From NCBI GenBank assembly GCA_024137785.1, contig JAHRHZ010000069.1, forward strand, positions 22,032,750-22,096,749: a stretch of 64,000 nt of DNA. The letters run 5' to 3'. The first letter of the stretch is position 1. Each line of letters begins with the position of its first letter. A program made the position numbers and the translations under genes. This document shows, in pieces, positions 13,590 through 26,165 of this stretch. The DNA comes from Ginglymostoma cirratum. Its lineage: Eukaryota. Under the pieces are notes generated by a model. That model had not been told where the DNA came from. It saw nothing but the letters and a program-made list of their open reading frames with translations, and did not search any database.

Positions 13590-14702
13590 TGTAACCTCAC
13601 TGATAGTTTCTGTATGTGTTAAAAAAAACTTCTCTTTCATTTTACTTGCTGCAATACTACAACTCACTTCCACCAAATTACCTACAGGCTTGGAGACAAT
13701 CTACAGAACAGATGGGAAACTGTTCAACCAATGCCAGCTTCAATCACAAACAAAATTCACTTCTTCCTTTGTTATTAAACTTCAGTATGCAGACTACTTA
13801 AGTGCATGCACGAAACTGAGTTCCAGGTCACTGTCAACTCCTTTGAAGCATATCAGAAAAAAAGCCTTTTGTTTAACACCTGGCAAACTAGCGTCTTCTT
13901 CCAACTAACTTCCACAGCATAGATGTCCATCCTGTTCATTAAAATCAAAGATGAGATCCTGGAAAATGTGGATTATTTTCCCTGTCTTTGGAGGCTTGTC
14001 TCCATGCAGGCAGGCACAAATAATAAAACTCCTCATCACCTGTGTCAGTACAGTCTTTCACTGAATGAGGAAAAGAGTTCCAATTTGAGATGCTGATCGT
14101 CAAAAATTAATGTGATGGTTTACCAGGCATCAGTGATCTCCACACTCCAATACGCTTTGGAGGCTTGACCAATGCAGAATGAACATCTCAAAGCAAAATT
14201 TCTTGCCAAATAAAGGAACCTCTTCTCCCAAGTTGATCTGTTAAGCATCATGGTGTGAAATATTCAGGACCAGCTCACTGGGCAGAACAAGTAGATTCTA
14301 TGCTGAACATCAGACTCCCAAAGCAGCTGCTCTATTCAAAACTTGGCTGTGGCAGGAAATTCCTAGGAGGACAACAGAACACTTAGGGGATGCCTTCAAA
14401 GTATCCCTGAAGAGTTCAAACATTCCCTATGACTGGTAGGAACCCCTGACTTTTGATAGACCAAAATGGAGAAGGTACATTCAGGAAGGCACCGGATACC
14501 CCAAGAAACTTTGGGAATATTCTGTGGCAAATATGAGGCATTGGAGGAGCACACAAACAACCCACTTATTCAACCCTTCAAGATCCATCTGCCCTACCTG
14601 ACAGTTTGCAAAACACTGATTGAATTTATTAGCCATCTCAGAATCCATTACACCAGAGGCAGCTAAGTCATCCTTGATTTTCAGGGACTGCCAAAGAGAA
14701 AA
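13590..14702 (+). mobile_element. decayed RTE-clade LINE (RT to 3' end)
   Basis: LPTGLETIYRTDGKLFNQCQLQSQTK...VIKLQYADY matches the RTE motif YRTDGKLFN-RRL...LQYADD. RLPKQLLYSKL occurs near 14310, and the 3' end gtcatccttgattttcagggactgcc is RTE-type. Confidence 0.85.
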
Positions 14703-15414
14703 TAGTCATTAGTCTTGACTGAGTATCAGTTACATTTCTGTTCCTGCTATTATATTGTGCAATTCTATTTGAAAGAACAACTCCAGTTGCCCTTGTTTGT
14801 TTATAGTACTCTGCCTTGATGCATGTACATTTAATGCTTGGATTCTTTTTCATTTCTCAATTTTTCCTTTCAATAGCCACTGATGTTCTGTTTTCTTCAA
14901 CACCTAAAATTAGCTTCAGCTTCCAAATCTCCCTTGCTCTACAGCTTCATCTCTCCCTCAAAATTTAATTTTAAAATCTCTGATTGTCAAGTATCCAATT
15001 TCTTACTCCAGTTCTAATGATTCCCAGCCCTTCATTATATCTGTCTGCCCATTCATTAATGAAGCTGTTAATGTCTGAGTGCTCCAGGCATCTTTGTCTG
15101 AAAAGTGACAGGGAACCGTAATACTGCCTCCTGTGAGTCCCTTTATTTGTTTTATTTCGCTAACTAGTTTTATATTCTGCTGTTTTCCCCTGATCGTTAT
15201 AGCTTGCATTAAAGAAGACACATAAAATCGTTCTCAGCTCAACATATAGTTCAAATGCTTTTTAAAAGTGTATTTGTTCTTGAAGTTTGGTTGACAGTGA
15301 TTCACTACCCAAGATGCTCTGAGAAGGTGATGATGGGTTTACTGCTTGAACTGCCACAGTCCTTGTGCTGAATGTGCTTCCAAGCCACTGTCACAGCAAA
15401 CTGTGTGCAATTGA

Positions 15415-15605
15415 TTTCAATAAACCTATAACTTGTGGGTTGGCACCTGGAGCAGTGATCATCAAAACTGTTGGGATTGTCCTAAAATCCAACTGGTTCA
15501 CAGATACCCCTCAGAGAACAGAGTTCTATCCAATCTAGTCCTGTCTTTCAATGTGTGGTTTGTTTCTTAATCCCTCTGATTTGGCATAATAAACCAGTCA
15601 ATTGC
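15415..15605 (+). mobile_element. decayed SINE family S3 fragment
   Basis: gattgtcctaaaatccaactggttcac...tgtggtttgtttcttaatccctctga matches the reverse complement of the 47993-48255 copy. Confidence 0.45.
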
Positions 15606-17279
15606 AGCCAACAGTTTAGTTTTGCTCTTGTGTAAAATGTACTGTCTATAGGGCTGAGAAGTACAGTGCAGACTTTTTTCACAAATGGCTATTATTTAGT
15701 GAAATAATTTATGAAGTAACTGATTGCTGTCTAGAAGTATGTTTTAACAAGAATGTTAAAAAAACAAAGCCAAGTGGAGCGACCTCCTGCAGTGGGATTT
15801 TGCATGGCCATTCTTTGTTCCTGCTAATGATCTGAAAATCTATGGACCCATTCTGTCTCTTTTTTTAGTTATCATGCAACTGCTGGCCCAGTGCCCATGC
15901 TATTAAGAAATAAGGTACTCTGGTGACACTAAAGTTGTCTATTTTTCAAGGATATTGTGTTTAAAACTTATTTTTAAAAATGTGAATGTAAGTTCTGCGA
16001 AGTGGAAGAAAGTGAAATTAGGGACTTCAAATAAGTAGTTATATTAAACTTGGAACATTACTCAAACTCTCTTGTGACCATAATATGAGACTGAAAGCAC
16101 TAATCTGTGGATTCCATGTTTCACAAGACCCCACAATGAGAAAACACTGTCTTAACTTTTGGGAGGTTAGAATATTTTGTGAAGAATTATGGCCTGAGAT
16201 GCCGTGTGTGGTCTTTGCATATCAACTTTTAATCCTGCTTAATAACTAAAAGACAAGCAAGTTTGTTCAGTAACAAATGCAGTTATTTTGAAGAGCATTT
16301 GTTATAGTATTTGAATATCACTGGCCTGTAAGCTAGAGATCCTAGATTTTAAGAAATGGCCAAGTTGGAATCTGATCGTTATTGAAAATATGGAAAATAT
16401 GTTTCCATTTGTTTTAACAGTACAGATGTTATTTTTAAAAAAAGTTACACTTCTATTAAAAATTCTTTCAAGTCCTAGCTGTTTTGTTAACAATGTACTT
16501 TTAAGTTTTCAAAAAAAAAACTAGTCTTCGAAGAATTAACACTGAGCATAATTTGGCAACAACCCCATTGCGTATTTTTCTTGCAGTTATTTTACTTCTC
16601 CCTGTGGATATTTTCTTGACGTTTCTGAAGTGCTAACGCCTTGTTTGATGACGCAATGTTTTGATTTGCTTTTCTGTCTCTCTCTTGGTTACACTCTGAC
16701 CTTTCGTGGCCTGATTACGTGCAGCCCTTGTGATTGGGAATTGTACCAAAAACCACTGACTGGTTGTTTCACCTATCACTGTGACAATCTGTGCAGTTGT
16801 CTTAAGTCTTCAACAATGCAACATGTTTCATATAAATTGGCACTAAACACAATGTTCCCTTTTGGAGACTGGATATGCTAAATTTTGTCCTATCAGTAAC
16901 TGAACCATAATATCTTGTTTTATATGCACAAATTAAAATTATATAAAGGAAAATAAAGACATAAAATATTTTTTACTGTGCAGTTAGCTTTTTACTCATT
17001 TCCCCCTCACTGCGAACAGAACATTACAGTAACAAGATAAGAGTAATGACCTCAATTAAAATACAGATGGTGGCCCCTTGCTTCGAACTGGTTACTTTCT
17101 GCCTTGCTTTCCTCCTTTAAGGCACATCTTGTATTTCTTTTGACCAAACTTTTATTTATCTAAACTAATCTCTCCTGTGTATTTTGGTGTCATACTTTCT
17201 TTGATATAATGTTTTTATGAAGCTCTGTGTGACAGTTTATTATAATAAAGTTCCATATAAATGTAAGTCACTGTAATAA

Positions 17280-17500
17280 ATATATGAACGTAGCAACAGG
17301 CCATTCAGACCTCTGAATCTGGACTGCCACTCACTTAGGTTAGGACTGATCTATACTTCAACTTCACTTTCCCACTTTTGCTGCAGATTCCATGATAAGC
17401 TCTTCCACAAGAATGAGTTTATTTTGGTCTTAAACATTTCAGATGACCTAGGATCAAGTGTTAGTTTATTCGCTGCTACATGAACAACCTGTCTGTTGAA
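17280..17500 (-). mobile_element. old CR1 3' end
   Basis: aggccattcagacctctgaatctg...ctgatcta is the reverse of the CR1 3' UTR. Confidence 0.55.
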
Positions 17501-18234
17501 GCTTTGCTGCAATAAAGAGGTAAACATCTTATTGCAAGGTTCCTGATTTAGCAGCATTGTGCTTATTTTGCATTGGATGTCTGGTTGAAAGAAGATTTAC
17601 TCAGAAAATGGATGGAAGCCATTGTCTGATGCAGAGAACTATTCTGTTAGCTTCTTAGAATTTGACGCATACAGACTAAATGTTTAGCTTTCTGAGATCT
17701 TGAGGGCAGTTAGCCAGGAAAAAAAGTAAAAACTTTAGACAAAGCATAGTGACCTGATCTACACCAGCATTGTTTGATGTAGATCTTAAAAAGGTAATGG
17801 TTAATTGTGGAAAGGCAGTGTTTTACTATCTGAGGAATACAAAGTTTCTGCTGTAAAGATAAGTTTGAACTTGTCTGTGAACAGTCAATCAGTGACTTTC
17901 ATCTGGAGATTAGACTACAGCATTCAAATAAAGATCTTTGCTGTTTGTTTTGAAGCCATTCATTACACAAGCAGTGTGTAGTCACTTCGATCAACATGCA
18001 CAAATATCTTGCAGGCCTAGCTTGCTTTCAGTATTTCAGTTCTGTCATTGTGAATATATTGTTTGGAGAATACTGTTTCTGCTTGGACCTATTCCTACCC
18101 TTCGATTTTGCCACATGTGATTTCTTTAAGTAGCGAGTTTCCGTTAAAAAAGATCCTTCAAATATGTTTAACGTGCTGGACTGTGTTTTGAATGTTTTAC
18201 TGCGTAAAATACTGCTAGTGAAATGTTTAATAAA

Positions 18235-18725
18235 AACATAGCAACATCAACAAATAGGAATCGGAGTAGACCAGACAGCACCTAGAGCTTACTTAGGCAT
18301 TCAACAGTTATGGCTTAAATCATTGATCTTAGCTACACTTTCCCACCCATTCACCGTAGACCTTGATTCCTTGATGGATGAAATCTGTCTATATATATAT
18401 ATATATATATTAATTGTATGTTCAATAATGGAAATTCCTTGAGCCCCAGACTGTAGTCCAAAGATTCACAACGTTTTGAGTGAAGAAACTTTTGCTCACC
18501 TCTTTACTAAATAATTGGCATCTTATCCTGAGATTGTATCCCTGTGTTTTGGATTCTGCAGCCAGGATAATCAACCTCCATGCCCACCTTATTGAGTCCC
18601 TTAAGAATGGGCTCATACTGATGACTTACTTATGGCCCTCTTTAGAACCATACATCGTTTAGGGAGATCATTTCTTATTCTGCTAAACTCTGGGGTATGT
18701 GCCCGATTTACTGAGCCTGTCATCA
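18235..18725 (-). mobile_element. old CR1 3' fragment containing an (AT)n tract
   Basis: ORF 18422..18616 reads ESKTQGYNLRIRCQLFSKEVSKSFFTQNVVNLW, the CR1 C-terminal motif. Confidence 0.7.
18389..18411. repeat. (AT)n microsatellite
   Basis: About 11 perfect AT units. Confidence 0.95.
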
Positions 18726-18849
18726 GGTGCACTTTAATTGCTTCATTTGGCTATTCCTCATTTGTGGGTAGGTGGCTTGTTACACCTCCAAGCCAAACTC
18801 TTTGAAAACAGACCAGAGGTGGGAAACTGCAAACCAAATGGTCCATAGC

Positions 18850-19035
18850 GATTATTCTTTGTCTGTCTGTCTGTAGTCCAGCCTCTATTGGCCATTTGAC
18901 AATTCTGCCCAATGCTTCTGTATGATGAACTTTTATCGGAATGTCATGAAATGCCATTGATTTGAAAAGATGACTCCTTGTTTTCCCTCTACATGTATTT
19001 CCTGATCTGTTGTGTATTTCCAACATTTCCATTTT
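18850..19035 (+). mobile_element. old PLE pLTR remnant (family B-like)
   Basis: ttttccctctacatgtatttcctgatctgttgtgtatttccaacatttcc resembles the family B end ctttctcttcacagatgctgccagacctgctgagcttttccagcaatttc at 63470. Confidence 0.45.
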
Positions 19036-19594
19036 ATACCGTGACCATAAATTTCTAACATGCTATGGATAGGCTTAGAAAATTGCCTTTATTTAATGAT
19101 CATCAAAATGGGGGATCTTCAGGTGAGGGAGACAATCAGTTTCCATTTCCAGCACCTGATACAATTGTCATTTTAAGCCATTGAATTACCCAGCCCGTTC
19201 CTTCCCATTTTCAGTTGTGTCCTTCTCCACCTCCTGCAATGTTCCTGGGCAAATGCCTCATAAATGTACCTCAGAGTACAATGCTATGTAATGGCTTCAG
19301 GACCTTGAAGCAACCTTGGGATGATGCAATGGAGCTCTATGGCAGGGAGTATAAATACCACAGAACAAGAACATTAGAAAGGACACAAGAAGACACTATG
19401 CTAATACATGAGAACTCTATATTCTATGGAATGATCTGAGCCTAGACCAAACTGCAGAGCTCCCATAGGAAGATACACTGAGAGTACATGGATATGAATA
19501 CCCAAAGCAAGCAGATTAGCCCTGAGCAACTGTAACTATAAGACAGACCCTAGTAAAGTCAACATTGTCTTGCTAAACCATATTGCTGCTGTCC

Positions 19595-19680
19595 ATAGGC
19601 AAGGGTAGAGGTTGAGAAGGAGAGTCCTTCACGGTAACCTCAGTCAGTTCAGGAATTGAATCCATGCTTATGCTTGTCAT
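19595..19680 (-). mobile_element. SINE family S2 fragment
   Basis: gaggttgagaaggagagtccttcacggtaacctcagtcagttcaggaattgaatcc, the same core as the 1405 and 49705 copies. Confidence 0.65.
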
Positions 19681-20229
19681 GTATTAAAGTGCTCAGTTTC
19701 AATGTATAATAAATCGTGTTACTTTGAAGGCTAAGCCTGATGATACTCTTCAGTTTTGCTTTCTCCTCGACCAGTTTGTAAAGAACCTAAGCTGGTAGTG
19801 TGGCATCGAATCATGTGATAAAAGTTGATGTTTACAGCTTTCAGTTAGAACACTGTGACAGCAATGGGTACAAGGACGATTGGACAATGACTTTAATCAG
19901 CGAAGGGGAATGAAAGATGGGTAGGGTGACCGGTTCTGGAGCATAGTCTTCAGTAGGAATGCTGGAATGTTGTCATACTGTTATTTTAGTCAACAAGTTC
20001 ATGGCTGATTTGTGACCTGACTTCATGTGCTTTATTTTTGGCTGCTGCTGGGACCAGGCTCCAAGGTTGGCAAAACTGAATATTCTCCTCCTGGCTGGCA
20101 TATCGGTTTCCTGGTTCAATCATGCAATTGTACCATTTTGCACAGTGGGATAACTTTATAAATTTGAGGGAATACAAAATAGTTTGTTTAGTTTATCTCT
20201 TGTGATCTGGATGCCTTTGTTGTAATCTA

Positions 20230-20720
20230 CGGTGTGCTCCCTCCAAAGTCAGTATATTCTTCCTAAGTCGGGCGTCCAGAGTGGTTCACAGTCTTCCTGG
20301 TGGTCTAAACAGGACTTTCCATTTGGAGTCTGTACCTGTAAAAAAATGCATTGATGACATCTTGATGATCCATATACGTAGGCTCCAAAGTCCCTTTGGA
20401 CTGCCAATGTCTGTCACTTTTCACCATTTAGAAAGTGCGATGTTCTATCCTTTTTAGGTTCAAGTGGACAACCCCACAATGGCAAACAGATTTCAAAGTG
20501 AACCAAGTTTCTGCCAATTTGCCTAATTTACCAGTGTCTCTTTGTAATTCTAAACTTCCAGTTGCGCTGCATATAACACCATGTCATTGACAAACTTGGG
20601 CATATGGCTTTCTGTTCCATCATCTAGTTTGTAATAAATTTGGTGAATATTTGAGGCCACACCACTGGTTCTTATAGTACATCATTAAGCATATTCCACT
20701 ATTAAAGCACTGATCCACTG
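20230..20720 (-). mobile_element. old CR1 RT fragment
   Basis: Minus-strand ccaagtttgtcaatgac is SKFADD-like (~20585-20600). Degenerate RPPGRLCE(P)LW-type LEYC/FW motif near 20270-20310. Confidence 0.6.
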
Positions 20721-23049
20721 TCGCTTTCAAGTTTATTGTTATGCTCCCCTTTTCTGTCTTCATCTCTATTCCTCCTCTTTAGCAACCTGCTTTCACTTAC
20801 CTATGCAGGTGGAAATTATGTGTATCAGGAGAATTGAACCTGATCAAATTTGACCCTCTTAACCTTCCTTTCTTTTTCCTTCTAATACCACTCCTTGTCC
20901 CTATCAGCCTTTCACAACAAGTCAGCACAAACCTTGGTCTCAAGCCTTGGATCATTATGATATGTTAGTTCTTTTTGGAGGAACTGAACCTCCACAGAAA
21001 CGTATTACTGCAAAATCATTGCTTCTAACATTGATGCTGATGCAGGTTATTTGAAAGTAAAATCTGCACCAACAACTAGCCACTTAATTATTTTGTTACT
21101 TTCTCCTGATTTCTCACTTTAGTTAAAACCATGATGACTGTGATATGAATGGTAAAATCACCACGTTCTATGCTTTCAGAAGAAAGTGACCCAAGCCGAT
21201 TTGAAAGGATCATTCTTCAAAATTAAAGCCTATTTCTCATGTTTGTTGAAGTGAAATATTTGACAAACATGTTGAGCATTGCTTCCCAAACTAGTTTTCA
21301 GCACAAACCAGTGTTAACACTTGGAAATGAACACAACTTAGATACCAGCGAAAACAAAACCATGATAAAGTGGCATAGTAACATTCAGTATATAATTATT
21401 AAAATCTGTACATCCTAGACCAATGCATCATAGATATCAGGAAATAGATAGAAAAATCTCACTGGTCAGTAACTCTCACCTGCCTTTATTGCCATAGATC
21501 TGAGCATGCTTGTCTAGGAAACCTTTGATGTGTTACATTACACCACAGCACAGCTGAGCAGAGCCAGCAGAGAGTGACCAAAGTGTCCAATACATGGAGA
21601 TTGTCTTGTTACGAGTTAATTCCGACTGCCAGGATAATATGAGGAGGAGGGAGATTAACATTATTTCTCGCAACTGCGTTCAGTGTTTCTGCAACTTCAA
21701 GGGGGTTTGCAAACCCTGTTTGGGAACCACTGATGTGTGTTATTTGCTCTGGTCTGTTATGAATGTATTCCTAAAATACTGTAATAAAATTCTGAAATTA
21801 ATGTAACTCTCTTTTAAATGTTTCTGACTTCGTTCTGATAACTATAACCATTGCCACAGTGTTTGCCATTCTCGCTGAGCTTGAATAAGCTACAGTTGTG
21901 TAATTCGGTTGCCTGCATTCCAATTTAGAAGTTTTAGAACAGCTGACTGTTTCAAGGCAGATGTCAATTCCTAAAAAGTGTGCACAACTTTAAATGTCCC
22001 CTAATAATTATGCATGACCACGGTCACATTAAAAAAGTGACTGAATCAAGTTAAACATCTTTAATACATTGACATTCAGAATTTTTATTAGTGTTCTCAG
22101 ATCATATTCTGTAACTCAAGTTTTTTATTGTGGAAACAGACACTCTTGTACAGCCTCTAATATGACATGGGAAAAGGCCATTAGAGAGGCAGTAACAGTG
22201 TCTGTGGTCCTGGAAATTCATGGCGATTGGGACTACAGTTTGTCTGCAAATTCAGCACGTGAACTTGGGGAGAATTGTAGTGTAAGAATTTGTGTTATTC
22301 ATTGAACACAGTCCACAGATATGTACAATAGAAACAAATGCAGTTTACCCATGTGCTTCCCTCACTGTAACATATTCCAGCCTGTGTTGCAAAAAGAAAT
22401 CAGTAGTATGCTATAACCTGCATGTTACCTTTTTTGACGTGTTGTAGCCTTTATATTACTGATTGCGACCTTTTGTAAGCTGAGTATTAATTTCTCTAAC
22501 ACGCAGCTGGCCTGTATATTTTTCACACTGCATTAGTTTACCTTGCACCATGTTTCTCTTTCTCAGCTGTTTCCTAGATGATTGTTTGTGTGCCAAGTGG
22601 GGGATGGTCTGAGTTCATTATCTTCTCCAAGGCCAAATGATTCATCTGATCCTGATCAACGGGCCATCATACCTTAACTAACTACTTCAAAACAATTTAA
22701 CTATTTAATGCAGACACCGACTTTCCACAGAAGACGAAAGCTTACTCTGATGATAAATGCTAAGGAAATTTACAAATGGGATGCATTTACTTCGGGAAAG
22801 TAGTGATGGGGAGTACTGAGTGAATCATGTGAAAGAAAGGCTGGAATGCACATTCTGAGCCTAAAAGATTGGCGATCACATGGACATATCTACTTTGTGC
22901 TGAGCCCTTATCAGGGAAATGACCCATCCCCTGTCTTTTTTTGTATTCAGTAAATATTATTAGTACTGGAATTTGACACTTTGCCGCTTTGAGTGCTTCT
23001 GGTTGATGGCGAGATAAAAGTGACTTTTCTGCTGGCTGGCATCTCATCT

Positions 23050-23330
23050 TCTTGCTCTCAATCCCAACCAGAACCCTGCTGCCTGTAACCTGGCAAATCC
23101 CGCTCACTCATCACTGTTGTCTTTGTTGACTCACATTGACCCTGTTTTTAAAACTATCTTCCTGTGCCTAAATCCTTCAAGCCCGTATCCCATTTATTAT
23201 CTCTATGACCTCTCCAAGCCACACAAACCCCTCCAGAAATTTGTTCCTTTGATGTTGCCATCTTGCCCTCTCCTGCTTTTGCCCCACCACTGATGACTGT
23301 TGTCACCACTCTGCTGGGGAGAGTGCACTG
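23050..23330 (+). mobile_element. L2-like LINE 3' remnant
   Basis: ttttaaaactatcttcctgtgcctaaatccttcaag...tatctctatgacctc is an FKIL...KSL...YL-like L2 C-terminus. Confidence 0.35.
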
Positions 23331-23967
23331 GTAATTAAGCCTCACTATCCAATGAACCACTACAGATGTATACATGACCATTAGAATCACTGAGATGGGT
23401 AATTTGTCTGATTCTGAGTGTTAGCTAGGACAAAAGAAACTTGCACCAGGTTTTATCAATAGACAAAAACATGCTTATTTATTATTAACAAACTGCTAAT
23501 TTAACAGGTGGCAAAATAGATTATTAAATACTCTGCAAACTTAAACTATATTCTTGTTAAATACAAAGACTCATTCAATCACAAGTAAGACAGTCAAAGC
23601 CGACAGTTCTGCAAAAATATTGTGGTGGTAAAGCACAGGCAAGAGGAACAAATTCTGTGGATCAAGAGGCGAAAGCACAAGGGTGGAATGAAGTGACTTT
23701 CTCACAGTTCTTTTGGATTATGGTGATGGTATGACATTGTTGTAAATGGCAGACCAATAGCAGAATCTCAGTTTGGTAGGTGATCAGTTGGACCGAAGTC
23801 TTTGCTCGAGTTAGAAGTTCTCCTTTTCAGAATCTTTGAGAGTTTCTTTTCCCCCATTCAAATGGTGAGGTAGGAGAAAACGGTCTTTGCTTGCAGGTTT
23901 CCCAGAGGTCTGACTACTGCTGTCCGGTCTTCGGGCTTGACAAATTGCAACCTAATAATTGATAGAA

Positions 23968-25382
23968 GCAGAAAGAACTGCAGATGCTGTAAATGAAAAA
24001 CACGAACAGAAGTTGCTGGAAAAGCTCAACAGGTCTGGCAGCTTCTGTGAAGAGAAATTAGAGTTAATGTTTCGGGTCCAGTGACGCTTCCTCAGAACTG
24101 ATGGTAGCTAGGAAAATGTGTTTATGTGCAGAAGATAGGCTGAGGGGAGGAGGTAAACAGTAGGTGGGGATAGAGCCCAAAGAGAGAGAAGAACACTTAG
24201 ACTGACAAAGGAGTGGATAATGATCTGTCTAGGAGAGTGAATAGCTGTTATTGGAGACTGTTAGTGAGTAACCGTAGGTAGTGGGGGGTGGGTGGGTGGG
24301 GTGGGGGGTTGGTATTGCAAGTGAAGGATGAGTGGACCAGGGTGTCCCGGAGAGGACAGTTTCTGCAGAAGGTGGACAAGGGACGGCGACATGTGTGTGG
24401 TAATGGCATCTCATTGGAGATGGTGGAAATGGCAGCTGATGATCTTCTGGATGTGGATGCTGGTGGGATGGTAGGTAAGGACAAGGGGAACCCTATCGCC
24501 TTTGTTGGAGGGAAGAGAGGGGGTGAGGGCAGAACTGCAGGAGATGAGTCGGACTCAGTTGAGAACACTGTCGACAATGGAGCTGGGGAATCCTTGGTTG
24601 AGGCAGAGGGTGGACGTTTTGGAGGCCCCCTCGTTGAAGTTGGCCTCATCGGAACATAGGCAACGGAGACACAGAACCTGGGAGAATGGAATGCAGTTTT
24701 TACAGGAAGCAGGGTGAGAGGATGTACAGTCCAGGTAGCTGTAGGAGTCAGTGGGTTTATTGCGGATATTCGTCGACACTTTATCCTCAGAAATGGAAAC
24801 AGAGATGTTGAGGAAAGAAGGGGAGGAGTCAGAGATAGGCCAGGTGAAAGTGAGGGCAGGGTGGAAATTGGAAGCAAATTCGATGAACTTCTGTGATTTT
24901 GGATGAGAGAGGGAAGCAGCACCAATGATATCTTCGATGTGTCGGAGAAAGAGTTGTGGGTGGGGGCCAGAACAGGACTGAAACAAGAAAAGTTCTGCAT
25001 AACTGGGGCCCATGTGCATACCCCATGGTCACCCCGTCTGCCCTGGAGAAAGTGAGAAGACCCCACAGAGGCCTTATTATCGCAGTCTGCTATTACACAT
25101 CACTGATTGTTAGCTATTAACAGTCTCCAATAACAGCTATTCACTCTCCTAGCCAGATTGTTGTCCATTCCCTTGTCTGTCCAAGTGTTCTTCTCTCTCT
25201 TTGGGCTCTACCCCCACCTATTGTTTACTCCTTACCTCCGCCCCCTCCCCATAGAGAAACCAATATTTTCCTAGCTACCATCACTTCTGAGGAAGGGTCG
25301 CCAGATCTGAAAAATGAACTCTGATTTCTTTGCACACATGCTGCCAGACCAGTTGAGCTTTTCCAGTAACTTGTGTTTTTGT
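23968..25382 (-). mobile_element. Penelope-like element (family B): RT fragment between ~280-bp inverted pLTRs
   Basis: Minus-strand RT reads TMG/HMGPSYA.LF, QLFLRHIEDIIG (RYIDD-like), FHPALTFT, SFLNISV, KPTDSYSYL and SSHP. Arms ~24000-24273 and ~25108-25382 are reverse complements. TSD taataattgatagaa (23953-23967) vs taaaagttgatagaa (25383-25397). Confidence 0.92.
24062..24099 (-). ncRNA. minimal hammerhead ribozyme motif (family B, slightly decayed)
   Basis: AGUU-CUGAGGA-A-GCGUC-ACUG-GACCC-GAAAC-AUU-AACU. Stem I is AGUU/AACU. Confidence 0.6.
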
Positions 25383-25407
25383 TAAAAGTTGATAGAACTG
25401 ATGCTAG

Positions 25408-25547
25408 AGATAGCAGGAACTGCAGATGCTGGAGAAAGGTCTGAAGAAGGGTCTTTGTGAAGAAGGGTCTAGGCCCGAAACGTCAGCGTTCCTGCTCTGA
25501 TGCTGCTTGGCCTGCTGTGTTCATCCAGCTCTACACCTTGTTATCTC
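25408..25547 (+). mobile_element. short family A pLTR-only insertion with 14-bp TSD
   Basis: Perfect TSD agaactgatgctag at 25394-25407 and 25548-25561. Termini are gagata...tatctc, and a hammerhead core lies at 25441-25484. Confidence 0.9.
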
Positions 25548-25989
25548 AGAACTGATGCTAGGTAGGTTCTCAGAAAGTTACATGACCTTGTGTAAGAAAT
25601 AAGTGAATATACACCTGAGTAGTGAAAAAATCTGGTACATTCTGTGCAGTATGACAATGCCAAAACTTTAGGTTTTCCTCGGTTCATATTCCAAAGAAAG
25701 CATGGTCCATTTTTGTCTAATTGTGCGTTGTGAAGCACTTTCAAACAATTTCAATATGAAGGTTCTGTAAGAAGTGCATGCTAATGTTTGCAAAGAGAAG
25801 AATTGCTGTTTAGAATGGATCTAGACTCCGTATGTTATCTGAAAAAAGTCTTCTGTGCCTTCCAATTAAAGTTCAAACATTTGCTCCTTTCTTTAGAGAG
25901 TTGACTATAGAACTTAATTAATTGCTGAATATCAAAAATAAATGTATAGCACACAACATAACTTTCGAGACTATATACGCATTTTAAAG

Positions 25990-26165
25990 TTATTCTTCAG
26001 TTGTGGGAATCACAGGCAATGCTGGCATTTCCTACCTGTCCTTGGTTGCCTTGATAAGGTCGGTTTGCATTTTGAACCAACCTGACTGAGTGGCTTGCCA
26101 TTTGAGTGCCATTTGAAGGGCAGTTAATATCTAATTGTATTGTCATGCAAGTGGTAAAGGCAACT
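25990..26165 (-). mobile_element. SINE family S3 3' fragment
   Basis: gtgggaatcacaggcaatgctggcattt...ggttgccttgataagg...ctgagtggcttgc...gggcagttaa, as in the 47993 copy. Confidence 0.55.

Noticed and set aside
15003-15221. Ig V-like peptide GLTGGSITVPCHFS..W
   Set aside because: No second Cys or DxxxYxC motif and no convincing splice sites, so probably chance.
19040-19570. Solo LTR or promoter with a TATAAATA box
   Set aside because: No defined termini or TSD, and TATA-like words are common at this AT content.
23418-23942. Solo LTR (TG...CA with a reverse polyA signal)
   Set aside because: No TSD or second copy, so it is not supportable.
24248-25066. 272-aa S/P-rich ORF, the longest in the window
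   Set aside because: It is an alternative frame of the C-rich PLE RT fragment.
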